DNA of 64,000 bases, taken from Octopus sinensis. Lineage: Eukaryota. This document shows positions 12,169 through 24,196 of this stretch, piece after piece (position 1 is the first letter of the stretch; every line of letters begins with the position of its first letter). The translations under genes and the position numbers were made by a program. The DNA lies in contig NC_043006.1 in the NCBI RefSeq assembly GCF_006345805.1, positions 73,842,001 through 73,906,000 on the forward strand, read 5' to 3'. Under the pieces are notes generated by a model. It was not told the origin of the DNA, made no database searches, and worked only from the letters and a program-made list of their open reading frames with translations.

Positions 12169-12498
12169 AATTAGAGACAAAACCACTATTTTGCAAATCA
12201 AACAAAGAAAGACTTAATCCAATACATAAAAAAATTTAATATAAATTAAATAAAATAAATTCGCCACTACAATTGTTTCCTGTCTCTTCTAAAGGACATT
12301 CATCAGGTGGATTTCAGATCTTCTATTCAATTTTAAGTTATGAAAAAATTGAATAGAAGATCTGAAATCCACCTGTGAATTGTCCTTGAAGAGACACGAA
12401 ACAATGTAGTGGCGAATTTAATTTTATTTAATTTATATTAATTTTTTTATGTATTGGATTAAGTCTTCTTTGCAAATAAAGTGGTTTTGTCTCTAATT
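12169..12498. mobile_element. Fold-back element (~165-bp arms, 10-nt loop) with a hammerhead motif in each arm; Penelope pLTR-like
   Basis: Arms are reverse complements around 12335-12344; outer arm sequence is the same family as 11175-11424. Confidence 0.8.
12264..12310 (-). ncRNA. Minimal type I hammerhead ribozyme motif (A-G mismatch at base of stem II)
   Basis: CCAC-CTGATGA-A-TGTC-CTTTAGAAGA-GACA-G-GAAAC-AATT-GTA-GTGG. Confidence 0.6.
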
Positions 12499-12513
12499 AA
12501 TTTTATATATATA

Positions 12514-12578
<65 letters not shown>

Positions 12579-12722
12579 TTTATTCAAAAGCAGCAGCAGA
12601 AATTTAACAAAAGCTGTACTCGGTGTTTCACGTTCTGCTGCTTTTAAATAAAGCATATACTCTACCTCTGGTATTTGAGTACACTTTTTTCCACCTTGTT
12701 TACATTTATGTGTTTACTACGG

Positions 12723-12784
<62 letters not shown>

Positions 12785-13984
12785 TATTATAGAGATATAT
12801 ATATATATATACAGCCACACATATATATGTGTATGTGCGTGTGTATTTGTGTGTATAAGTATGTGAATGTATGTGTGTATATGTGTGTATTCTCGCGTAC
12901 GAACGAGGAAGCCCTGTTAACAAATGCACACAATTATCATTTATTAGTATAACTAAAAATATAAGAATGTATCTATGTATGTTTATTCGTCGTAAAGTTG
13001 TGGTATTGTTGTATTTTGAAAGCGTTTTACACCTGTTTCTTTTGTTTGAGCGGTTTTCTTTGTCTGTAAACCAGGAATATATGCAGACAGACGTGCAAAT
13101 CGCATTTTATACGCAAAGATTGATAACCACACACATAATAGACGATATTTATAGCCAACTAAATAGGGAAACAAGTAAGCTTATCTTATGTACAGTCCCA
13201 GTTTATGAACTAAACAACAATCAGCATTGTGATAGCGTTTCCATTTTAGTAAGTCCCCAATTCCAAAATTCAATTTTGATAGCAATGTGAAGTGCCTTCC
13301 CTATGTACTTGTGCAGCATATTCACAATTAATCGTATCATATACTTAGATTGCTAGGAGATTATTTCTTACACTGTGGTCCCTTCACTTGACATGACAAT
13401 GGCGTTTCAATGCCGTTATTGTTGTTGACTTAAAACGCATTTTTAGTGAGTTTGAAAGTTTACATCTGGTTTCCCTTAAACTGGATTGAAATTGCCAAAG
13501 GACTGATATCAACACCGGCACTTATCTTAATTCATGTTGTAGGAAGCTGATAAGTTATCAATGTAATCACCATAAAGACTGCTGCTTTTATTCCGTCACC
13601 GATGTAATAAGGAATCCTTGAGTAAAATATTTAACCCTTTCATGATTTTATCCATTCAGCTTCAAATTTACAAAGAATTATAGATTTATTTTTCTTAAAC
13701 TATGAAGTCTGATATTTTAAAGCTTATTACAGCATTCCCAACGGTATTATACTTTTCTTGTATTTGTTTATTATTTACTATGCAGGGATATCGTTTTGAA
13801 GAGATTAGTTGAACAAATCGGCAGCAGCGAATAATTTAAATCTGTTAATTCTCCTAATGGCTCTTTTACCGAACTGCTTGATTATGGAGACATAAAAGAG
13901 ACAAATACAAATCCGACGATGCACATAGCAAACTAATTGAGAATAATCTTTCTATTAGAGTTATAAGACTTGAAATTATGTGGT

Positions 13985-14295
13985 ACGTGAGTGTCGATTA
14001 CTACAACACCGAAGGGGTTAAAGGTAAGTTCGACCTCGGCTGAATTTGAACTCAGAAAGCACAGACATTCGAAATGCCACTAAGAATTTTGCCTGGTGTG
14101 CTAACGATTCTGCTAACTCGCTGCCTTAAAAACAATGGCTATAATAACGATAATAATATTCTTTTCAACTATGAGCGCAAGACCTGAATTTTTGGGAAGG
14201 GATAGTCGATTAAATCGACCCCAGTACGTGACTGGTACTTATATTATCGACCCCGAAAGGACGAAAGGCAAAGTCGACCTCGTCGTAATTTGATT
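13985..14295 (-). mobile_element. SINE B, two diverged tandem fragments
   Basis: GAGTTCAAATT..CCGAGGTCGA and GGGGTCGAT..AAGTACCAGT motifs on the minus strand. Confidence 0.8.
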
Positions 14296-14789
14296 ATAAC
14301 GATAATAATCATGGCTTCTTATAATTTAGAATTTATATATGACCTGGTAATCAAGAGGTGCACTTCAGAATCGTAATATTCCAAGAAAAAGAACTATCAG
14401 AAATAAAATAAAACAAGGGTAATGTTGCGAACAGTTATACGGAATATATAGATATTGGTTTCATGCTGTAAATTATCAATAAGAGTATGTGCTTCAAATT
14501 TTAGTTTCTTTTTTTTATGTCAAAGATGAACGGTCCGAAATGACGAACTCTCTTTACTCCCTCTTACACCATAAACCTAATGAATAAAACTATATGTTGC
14601 GTTCTCTTGTTCGCTAATTTCTTTTTTGCCCTTTTATTTTGTACTTGACAAATGTAATTATTTTGTATGTTGCCAATAGAGAAAAAAGCGATCATCTAAA
14701 AGAGTTTATCACAGAGGTAAAAAAAAAAGTATCTCTTAGAAGGACCACCATACTAGTGAATGAGTGCTACAGCAAGTAAGTGAAAGGCA

Positions 14790-14990
14790 ACCCTTGAAAA
14801 TCTATTATGGCCATATTCGAAGAAGCGTAGGTTTGGAAAACATTATCAGGGAAAGAAGACTATAGGGATATAGATCAAGAGGCGCAAAAAAGCAATGGAT
14901 GAACAATATCACGATCTAGTTGGATAAGAGTGTCATCGATGCGCCGTCACAAGCGTACGATACATAAGGAAGATGGAGGTACGAGCGTAC
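14790..14990 (+). mobile_element. RTE-type LINE 3' remnant
   Basis: YYGHIRRSVGLENII..G.RSRG..KQWMNNI resembles the RTE ORF C-terminus. Confidence 0.55.
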
Positions 14991-15092
14991 TCTTTATAAG
15001 AAACTCGTTAGAACCATAGTTTGTATGTTGAGTCAATAACTATTTCCCTTAACTACTTATCAAGCGTGATATACTACTCGTTTAACTACTCC

Positions 15093-15252
15093 TCAGGCGT
15101 GACTGTGTGGTAAGAAGCTTGCATCCCAACGACATGGTTCTGGATCCAGTCCCACTGCTTGAGGACTTGTGCAAGTCTCTTCTACTATAACCTCGGGCCG
15201 ACGTAAGCCACGAGAGTGGATATGGTAGACAGAAACTGAAAGAAGCCCGTTG
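15093..15252 (+). mobile_element. SINE A 5' half
   Basis: Head and CORE-like segment, ending at the microsatellite. Confidence 0.8.
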
Positions 15253-15267
15253 TATATATATATATAT

Positions 15268-16004
15268 ATAAATGAAAGAATGGAGTCGAACGAAGATGTT
15301 AACAAAATTCCTTTACTCTCGACATATGTTTCGAAGACAACATGTTTTCATTCCAAAGGAATAAAGGGTGCATTATGCAATCTTTTCATCAGGAAAGAAA
15401 GGGAACCTCTCTCGACAACAAGACAAACAAAAAAATATAAATGATAACGATAGTCACTGTGGTTTGAACAATTAGCTTTACGTCCACCCCACTTCAATAG
15501 CGAAATTCTTTCCTAAGCCTTCGAACATTCTTTCTTTCAATCAACGTACCCTTCCCTCTCCACTTGTTCCCTACCTATTATTCCTTTAACCCTTCTCTTC
15601 CTATTATCTATCTTTGACGTCAATTCTTCTAACGGTTTTTTAAAAACACTCATTATCGTTTTGTTTACCATGTAGGCAGTCATCGAAATTTTTGTTTGTC
15701 TTGTTGTCGAGAGTGGCTCCTTTTCTTTCCTGATAAGAAGATTGCATAATGCACCCTTTATTCCTTTGGAATGAAAACATGTTGTCTTCGAAACATATGT
15801 CGAGAGTAAAGGAATTTTGTTAACATCTTCGTTCGAATCCATTCTTTCATTTATTCATATACAACACACAAATTTCTGCACATGAACCCGGAGTTTCTAC
15901 CCTTGGACAGGTCGCTTCAACCGTGTTTCTGACGTGAATTTGCTACCCAGGTTCGGTTGAACAAATTTTCCATGCTGACGATAAACATAGAATAATTCAT
16001 TCAC

Positions 16005-16008
<4 letters not shown>
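15268..16008 (+). mobile_element. 5'-truncated Penelope-like element with an inverted pLTR copy
   Basis: 15268-15433 is the reverse complement of 15688-15854; the spacer encodes R*SLWFEQLALRPPHFNSE (GIY-YIG C-terminus-like); hammerhead in each arm; same family as 57228-57532. Confidence 0.75.
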
Positions 16009-16057
<49 letters not shown>

Positions 16058-16059
<2 letters not shown>

Positions 16060-16452
16060 CGCAGGAATGATTGAGTAGTAAGTAGCTTGCTAACCAACCA
16101 CATGGTTCCTGGTTCAGTCCCACTATGTGTCACCTTGGGCAAGTGTCTTTTACTATAGCCTTGGGCCGACCAAAGCCTTGTGAGTGGATTTGGTAGACGG
16201 AAACTGAAAGAAGCCCGTCGTTTATATGTATATATATCTGTGTGTGTGTATTTGTGTGTCTGTGTTTGTCCCCTCAACATCGCTTGACAACCGATGCCGG
16301 TGTGTTTACGTCCCCGTAACTTAGCAGTTTGGCAAAAGAGACCGATAGAATGAGTTCTAGACTCACGAAGAATAAGTCCTGAGGTCGATTTGCCAGACTA
16401 GAAGGTGGTGCTCCAGCGTGGCTGCAATAAAATGACTGAAACAAGTAAAAAA
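16058..16452 (+). mobile_element. SINE A, full length
   Basis: Head and tail as above; follows (TA)n. Confidence 0.9.
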
Positions 16453-16996
16453 AAATGTGTATGTGTGTGTGTGTGTGTGTGTGTGCATATTTGCCTTTTC
16501 ATGCGGGACCGTCTCGCCTTTTAAACAGTATCAAGGAATACATTGTTCAATACATCCTTCCTTTTTCAAGAATGTTGGATCTGGTTTGAAGAAAAATTGG
16601 CTGCTATTTCTAGGATGCGGACTGATCATGTAGATGTCCTCTCTTTTACTCAGTGCATATCATAAGACTCTCTCTCGTGAGCAGCGGCAGTGTTGTAATT
16701 ATTAACAACAGGTCTGTCTTTATTTTAACTTCACTTTTTGTTGAAGGTTGGTTTCTGTCCATCATATTAAACGAACGCAAAGAGTTTAGCTCTGTTTTTA
16801 CGCAGCAAGTATCCATTGAACCCGTTATAAGTTTTATATGTACGTGATGTCAGATTTTTACAGAATAGTAAAAAGGAAATTGTGAACTCTAAGTAATGTC
16901 AAAATGCATAGATAAAGAATTATGTTTTCAGCCATAAAGCGAACAGGAAGCTGTATTTTCTGTCTATGAACTTCTATTTTGGCCATGGAGCTCTAC

Positions 16997-17056
16997 CTTT
17001 TGTTAAGAACTTATTCCACAATTCCTGTGATATACAATTGAATGCCTTCAGCTCAA
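16997..17056 (-). CDS. Putative coding exon (xELKAFNCISQELWNKFLTKG)
   Basis: Acceptor tctaacttttcag|TT, donor AAG|gtagag, 60 nt, phase 1 to 1; joins 7719 in frame (..FLTK-G-IKYDYFPSY..). Confidence 0.6.
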
Positions 17057-18823
17057 CTGAAAAGTTAGATTTAAAAGTAAAGTCGATAACATTGTATAGT
17101 CATGCATGGATAAGATAGGAGTTCTGATTTTGTAGGAATAGCATTAGATAGGTCGCCAATTTAGAAATAAAAGAAAGGAGCTACTTGCTCTAGGACGTCT
17201 ATCAGATATTTCATCACCTAGTACCAGAGGAAATTATCTCTCCTCTCTTTTATGAATAGAATATTTAAGAGAACCTACATTTTTCATGAACAAAGTTACA
17301 TAATATATTTCTCAAGGGATGTTGATGTAAATGTTGTTTACGATTTCGCTATAGGTTTAACTGACAAGATAATATCGAATATTGTACATATGAAAGCAAA
17401 ATATTTTTTTTGTAATATCATTCCACTTATCTAAAATCTGGTTCTGAAATATCGATTAATCCTTTCATTTAGTTTGCGAACCTTTATGATCGAAACGAAA
17501 TAACATATATATCGGAAATAACATTGTTGTAAAAGGAAATACCGAATTTTGTTTCAAGATTTCAAAGATTCAATAAAATTCAATTTGATTTAAGACGAAG
17601 AATTAATAAATAAATATTACGGAGACTGACTGTAGTAGACATAAAGAAGGTTTTATGACAATAGATCTCTATTATGGAGTAAAGGAATGACACTAGAAGA
17701 TAGAATCTTTGGCGTATAAGAATAGAATTTTTAAGATGAATAGTTGGCAAGGCTACTTTAGCAACAGAGTGGACAAAAGACTACGAGTTATATTAGAGCA
17801 GGACAGGAAAGAAAAGATCAGAAAATCGTTGTGAGAGAAAATGTGAATTAAAAAGCATAAAATTGTCTGTTAAAGATATTGAATGAAATAAGAGACAAAG
17901 GAAGTTTTCAGAAAATGTGTGAAAGAAACTAGCAGTTTGCTAACTGAAAGATGATTATATTGATCCAAATTTAATTCTGATAAAGAAAGACGACACGACC
18001 AAGACACAAATAAAGAAGAAAGAAAACTATGACAATACAATGCTTTAGACTTGGAAGTGAGGTAGATAATGGAAATAAAAATAAAATATATAGAATGTAT
18101 AATGAATCAAGTAAGAAGACTATTGCATAAAGAAAACAGCTCCATGGAGCACAAAGTAAAGTTGGAGGATAATAAGAATAGTAATTCGATCTACTTACTG
18201 TCCTGTGGAGAATATTATGGAGATTGGGAGCCTCTCATGCGAATCCATCAAGCGTATTCTGTTTCTAATTCTTTGATGACAGGGCCGTCGCTCTATAGTA
18301 TATAATTACAAATTATTAAAATATTATCTAAGTATCAATTATATTATTCTTTTGGAGGGAGGGACCCTGAGGCAGATATGTGTAGTTATACTTAGTCATT
18401 ATCTAGTGTCCCCTGCGGCTCCGTGGACGCCTCGGATATACTACCATGTCTTTCCTTTCTGACGTATCCATGAGCGGAAAGCTGGAGAGGTCTACTTGCA
18501 TCTGGAAACTACCCAGGCACAGCTGATGTGTTAAGTTACTGTCTCTGCAATACCAGTAACCGAGGACAAAATGAGGCCAACCATATTATTGTTTCATTCG
18601 TTTTCCTCGTTTTTCATTAACGCCATGCTGGAGCAGTGGTGTTATAGTCGATCATACTGTAGACCCCAGTACCTTCGGAGTTACTTATTTAATCTATTTC
18701 TGTTTCTGAAATGCCTAGGCTTAAAGTGACAAAAACTTCGACTCTGACTGAGTATCACGATATCTTTTTGTTCGTTGCACAAATTTTTTCTCTCCATGCT
18801 TGACCAGTTTCTGACGACTTCAT

Positions 18824-18863
<40 letters not shown>

Positions 18864-19164
18864 GTTAGAACTTTAGATACACTATGTTTTAGTGGTTTTT
18901 AGGGCATCAATTCTGTGGCTTACAGGTTCAAAGGTTTTGGTCACACGTATTGTGCCCTAATTATTTAAGTCTAGGAACAAGTTCATCAGTCTCTGTCTCA
19001 AACCAAGCGGTTACATGACAAAAATAGTCGCAACGTATACAGCAACGTGAGAGGAAGATATACACATACGTGCGTGAGTGCACGAACATATCGGCTTCAA
19101 ATAAACTTATGCGATATTTAAAAAATCAAGGTCAAAATTTGACGGAAGCATCGTACTGCAATGC

Positions 19165-19331
19165 TAACTATTGGATGTGTCGGTAAGAAGATCGCGTTGC
19201 AACCACATAGTTCCTAGTTCAATTCCCTTGGGCGGTACTTTGGGAGAGTAACATATATTATGGGTCCGTGCAGACCACTTCCTTATGAGTGTATTTCGTA
19301 GGTGGAAACTGTGTGGAAGCATGTCGAGTAG

Positions 19332-19375
<44 letters not shown>

Positions 19376-19560
19376 TGTGTGTGTATGAGTGGGGTGCTTG
19401 TGTTTGCGCGCGCGCTCATTTTTGTCTCTAGTCCCTTCCATCACTTGACAACAGGTGTTGCTTTGCTTACGTCCCCGTGACTTAGACGTTCGACAAAAGA
19501 AAACGATAGAAAATGTAGCAGACTTTACAAATGAGAACTGATGTAAATTTGTTCGCCAGA
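19165..19560 (+). mobile_element. Old, diverged SINE A-like copy
   Basis: Degenerate head, TA spacer, CTTGACAACAGGTG..ACGTCCCCGTGACTTAG. Confidence 0.65.
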
Positions 19561-19569
19561 ATCAATTAA

Positions 19570-19830
19570 GTCGATTGTCGAGTATGAACGCCGATGGACG
19601 CTTGAAATCGAGAAAAGACAAAAGAACAAAAGATAAAAGATATACAACGACCTATCCGTGAGGATACCTAATGTGGTAGCCCCCAGATTTCTGACAACAA
19701 TGAACAATTGCCGATGGATATGAAAAAACAATCTCTATATCGAATATATATAACATCAATGTTAGTACCTTATAAACGCTAGAGCTATTTGAATAGCTTG
19801 ATAAATATATATATACACATATGTGTATAT

Positions 19831-19871
<41 letters not shown>

Positions 19872-20820
19872 GGTATGTAGAAAAATACAACATGGACAAG
19901 AACGTATAACTCTTAGAAGACGATACAATAAACACGGACAGGACATTCGAAACCCTCAGTCTTCAGTCAAGAACCGGATCATCGTAGTAATTTCGGCTGA
20001 TTAATCTTGAGATTACTAGATCACGGCCAGCCCTCAAAGAAAAACTAAGCAACGAGCATTAGAAAAACTAAGCTGGGAGCGTAGATTTCCTGGAAGAAGG
20101 ATCGAATGCATACGAACACCGGGACAGCAAAAGGGACGAATATAAAAAAAACAAAAAACAATAATGGAATACAGAAACATGAAATACAGAAGCATTAACG
20201 GTGAAAACAACAAGTGTCTTACGACTGATAACAAGCAAACAAATTTTCTCTGGCGCAATGGAAAGGAGCCTTATCGGCGATGCCTTGGCGGCGGACGAAA
20301 ACAACGATGTTAACACGTCGCTGGTGGAAAGCTGAAAGGCAGATTTCGGCCAGCGGTCACGTGACAGAGAAGAGAGAAAAGAAAAGAAAGAGAAGCAAAG
20401 GAAGGAAGAGAGAGAGAGAAGAGAGAGAGAGAGGAGGGACAAACGCAACAAGGGGAGAGAAGAGAGAGAAAGAAGGAATCAGAGAGGAGAAGGGATGGGT
20501 GTCGAAGAATACATATATATATAACGGGAAGCTTTATGAAAGTAGACAAAAGACGACGGCAGGTGGAAAACAAACAAACAAATGTATTAGTATGGCGCTC
20601 AGGAAATATAAATAAACAACGTCTTTAACGTTTCGAGCCTACGCTCTTCAACAGAAAGATACACAGAGAGAAAAAAAACACAGAAAGAAGGAGAGAAAAA
20701 AATGCGTGCAGTAACTAACGAATCAACATGGCGATCTGATTTCGGCCAGAAGTTAAAGATCAAACATGAGACGCGAGAGCGAAATTAGGGGAGATAATAG
20801 GGTTGAGTGACCAGCTCCAA
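19570..20820 (-). mobile_element. Penelope-type pLTR-like repeat cluster carrying a hammerhead variant
   Basis: 20520-20690 matches 23410-23580 and 6980-7085; motif CTGTTGAAGAGCGTAGGCTCGAAACGTT. Confidence 0.5.
20621..20660 (-). ncRNA. Minimal hammerhead variant (CUGUUGA core)
   Basis: ATCTTT-CTGTTGA-A-GAGC-GTAG-GCTC-GAAA-CGTT-AAAGAC. Confidence 0.5.
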
Positions 20821-20821
20821 C

Positions 20822-21170
20822 ATAAGGGTGTGTGTGTGTGTGTGTATGAGAGAGTATTAGTGCGTATGAGAGGTCTGGACGTGTGTATGTATAGGGTTGG
20901 TGTATGTATTAGTATGTATTAGTATGTATAAGGGTGTGTGTGTGTGTGTGTGGTGTGTGTGTATGAGAGAGTATTAGTGCGTATGAGAGGTCTGGACGTG
21001 TGTATGTATAGGGTTGGTGTATGTATTAGTATGTATTAGTATGTATTAGTATGTATTAGTACGTATTAGTATGTATAAGGGTGTGTGTGTGTGTGTGTGT
21101 ATGAAAGAGTATTAGTGCGTATGAGAGGTCTGGACGTGTGTATGTATAGGGTTGGTGTATGTATTAGTAT
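20822..21170. repeat. Composite minisatellite, about 3 copies of a 110-145-bp unit
   Basis: Unit TAAGG(GT)n-ATGAGAGAGTATTAGTGCGTATGAGAGGTCTGGACGTGTGTATGTATAGGGTTGG-(TATGTATTAG)n. Confidence 0.9.
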
Positions 21171-21360
21171 GGCACATCATATATGATGTGATGTGTAAAG
21201 TCGTGTGGTGTAGTGTGGAGAGAGGAGAAGAGGGGGATGAGAGGAGGGGGGAGAGAGGGGGAGAGAGAGGAGGGGGAGAAGGAAGGGGAGGAGGAGGGGA
21301 GGAGGAAGGAGGAAAGAGGGAGACATATATATATATATACATATACATATATATATACAT

Positions 21361-21418
<58 letters not shown>

Positions 21419-21855
21419 GTCTGTACATTATTATTTTATTTTGATGAATATAGCTTACTTACTTATGTTAGTAGAGAAAAATATTTTTTATATATTCTCC
21501 AATGATGAAGGAGTGGTTGTGAAAATAGAGGTTATGCTGACAGCAAAATGTGAACATTAAGCCGTAGGTATTGCTGAAAAAAACAATTTTATGTAATTTG
21601 TTTGTGTGTGTGTGTGTGTGTGTATTTGCGCGTGTGTGTGTCCGTGTGCGTGTGTGCGTGTGTGTGCAAGTTTATTTTGTGTCTGAGACTGTGTTTCTCA
21701 CTTTCTCGCCTGCTTGATATCCTATGATTGAACTTAGCGGTTCAGCAAAAGGTGCCGGTAGAGTTAAGTACAAGACTTTCAAAAATAAGTATTGCGCTCG
21801 GTCTATTCGATTAAAATCCCTCAAATTGAACAGAAATGCGTAGTACAGTGAAAGA

Positions 21856-22710
21856 ATACCAGACAAATGGAAAAAAAACAGATCGCCATCAAATTACCAA
21901 ACAAGGGTGACTTGGAGGTATGCCGGAGTTGGTGAGGAATAACACTACTTCCTGTAATGAATAAAGTCATGGGGCGGATCATGGAGAGAAACGGAGAGGA
22001 GTTGATCAAGCACTCAGGAGAGAGCAGGCTAGATTCTGCCAGAAAACCGACAACTGAGCAAATATTTATCGTTAGCAGCATTTTTGAGCAAGCCCCAAAG
22101 TGGAGAGCAACATTGTATGTTCACTTCGTTGACTTTGAAAAGGACCTACTACTCAGTCAACCGCGAAAAACCGTGGAAAATAATCAGATCGTATGGTAGC
22201 CTGGGTAAGCTGATGGATAAGTGCAGGCCATGTATAACATCTTCGGGTGCACAGTAGTGGACGACGGAGAAAACAAGTAGTTTAATGTTACAAGTGGAGT
22301 CAAGCAGGGATGTCTTATGTCAGTTTTCCTGTTTCTCATGGCGATAGACTGCGTCATGCGAAGAACAATAGAAAAGTACAGGAAAGACATTAGATGGAGC
22401 CTCATGAGCATGCCCGGAGATCTCGACTTAGCAGACGAAGTAGCATTGCTATGATCCACATATGAACACATCCAGAGTAAGACACATAACCTGAGAAAGA
22501 TTGTTGTTAGAATTGACTTTCAATTCAACCCAGAAATATATAAAGCGCTAATGAATAATGTCAAATAATAAGCTCGTGTGAGTCGGCGACAACGAGGCAG
22601 AAGATTTCGAAGACTTTGTTTACCTCAGTGTGACAGACAAGAAAGACGGGGATGGGGGATGGAGATTATAAAGAACCGAATGTCCAAAACCTGAAGAGCA
22701 TTCTAAAATC
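21856..22710 (+). mobile_element. Decayed RTE-type RT fragment
   Basis: IKLPNKGDL..GITLLPV, FVDFEK, VTSGVKQGCLMSVFLFLMAID, DLDLADEVALL. Confidence 0.85.
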
Positions 22711-22726
22711 TTACAAAGTTATAGAT

Positions 22727-22831
22727 AGTTAGATAGGTAGGTAGGTAGGTAGGTAGGTAGGTAGGTAAATAGGTAGATAGATAAATGGATAGATTGATAG
22801 ATAGGTAAATAGGTAGATAAACAGATGGATG

Positions 22832-22870
<39 letters not shown>

Positions 22871-22873
22871 TGA
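22727..22873. repeat. Compound (GGTA)n/(GATA)n/(GGAT)n microsatellite
   Basis: Direct reading. Confidence 0.9.
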
Positions 22874-23404
22874 TGTGCTTCTGGTGAATTTCTGATTGAC
22901 AAGACTATGTTTTCAACTGTATAAACCTGGAAATACGAGATAAAAGACCTGAAAGTAAAGGGCTGAAGCTGAAGGATGTCAGAATAACCGAGGAACTGTC
23001 GAGAGAAAAGAACAAAAATATAAGCGCGGCTAAAATTGGAAAAAACAAATTTATTCTACTTTCTGTTCAATATCCTGTTAATATCCACTTCGTTTATAGA
23101 TAAATGTATTTTTTGAGAAAATAACAGCTGAAATACAAAGTACATAATTGATAAAGAAATAAAGTTATTTCAGACCAAATTGCTAGCTAAGTCGAAGCAC
23201 ATAGAAAGAACGGTATTGAATATAAACTCAGAGCAACGTGGGACAATAAGAATAAAGAATACATGAACTATTGAGTAAAACATGCTTAAGACGAACTTTT
23301 TTGTCAAAGCACAACTACACGCACAATTATATAGTCATAAGTATTTCTCTATATATACATATATATACATTACTATTATCACTATATAAATTAGCCACTA
23401 CACA

Positions 23405-23582
23405 GATGATTTTCTCTCCTTGTTCCTCTCCTTGTTTTTTCTGTGTCCCTTTCTGTAGAAGCGTAGCTCGAAACGTAAAAGACTTTTTCTATTCCTGAGC
23501 GTTATACTAATACATGTGTTTGTTTTGTACACCACATGTCTTCGTCTTTTGTCTTATTCGTAAACTCTCCCTATATATATAT
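23405..23582 (+). mobile_element. pLTR-like repeat, second copy of the 20520-20690 family, with decayed hammerhead
   Basis: CTGTAGAAGCGTAGCTCGAAACGTAAAAGAC..CCTGAGCG..ACTAATACAT. Confidence 0.65.
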
Positions 23583-23602
23583 GTATGTATGTGTATATAC
23601 AT

Positions 23603-23634
<32 letters not shown>

Positions 23635-23920
23635 GCATATATATGCATGTATATATATATATATGTATGTATATATATATATATATATGTGTGTATATAT
23701 ACACATATATGTATATATATGTGTGTATATATATACACATATATGTATATATATGTATGTGTATATATATATATGTATATATATAGATGTATATGTATGT
23801 GTATGTATATATATATATGTGTGTATATATATCTAATATAGGATAAAATTTTTCGAAAAAAATTCTATAAATGGCCAGCATATTAAAAAATACCTTTAAA
23901 GGTTAAATTTATAAACAACT

Positions 23921-24196
23921 TATAAACAAGGGTAAAAGAAAACAAATCTAATGCCAAATATGCTGAAAATAGACTTAAATCGTCAATAAACATATAATCC
24001 ATCATTATAAGCACGCGTCTCGAAGTAAGCCGACAGAAATTTCTAAAAAATTCCGTTATTGTCGTATCGGCCCCGATTTCAGAGTTAATTCATAAGCATT
24101 TTCTTCTGCTTATAGTGATGAATTATATGGTTATTGACGATTTAAGTTTATTTTCGGCATATTTGGCATTATAATTTTTTTGCCCTTGCTTATAAG
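23921..24196. repeat. Fold-back / MITE-like inverted repeat (~90-bp imperfect arms)
   Basis: TAATGCCAAATATGCTGAAAATAGACTTAAATCGTCAATAA vs TTATTGACGATTTAAGTTTATTTTCGGCATATTTGGCATTA. Confidence 0.8.

Noticed and set aside
18198-18560. Minus-strand exon-like segments with a gtaagt donor
   Set aside because: Phase does not fit the 17056 exon, the other frames have stops, and it may be decayed LINE.
21462-21573. Minus-strand exon with strong acceptor and gtaagt donor
   Set aside because: All three frames stop before the donor.
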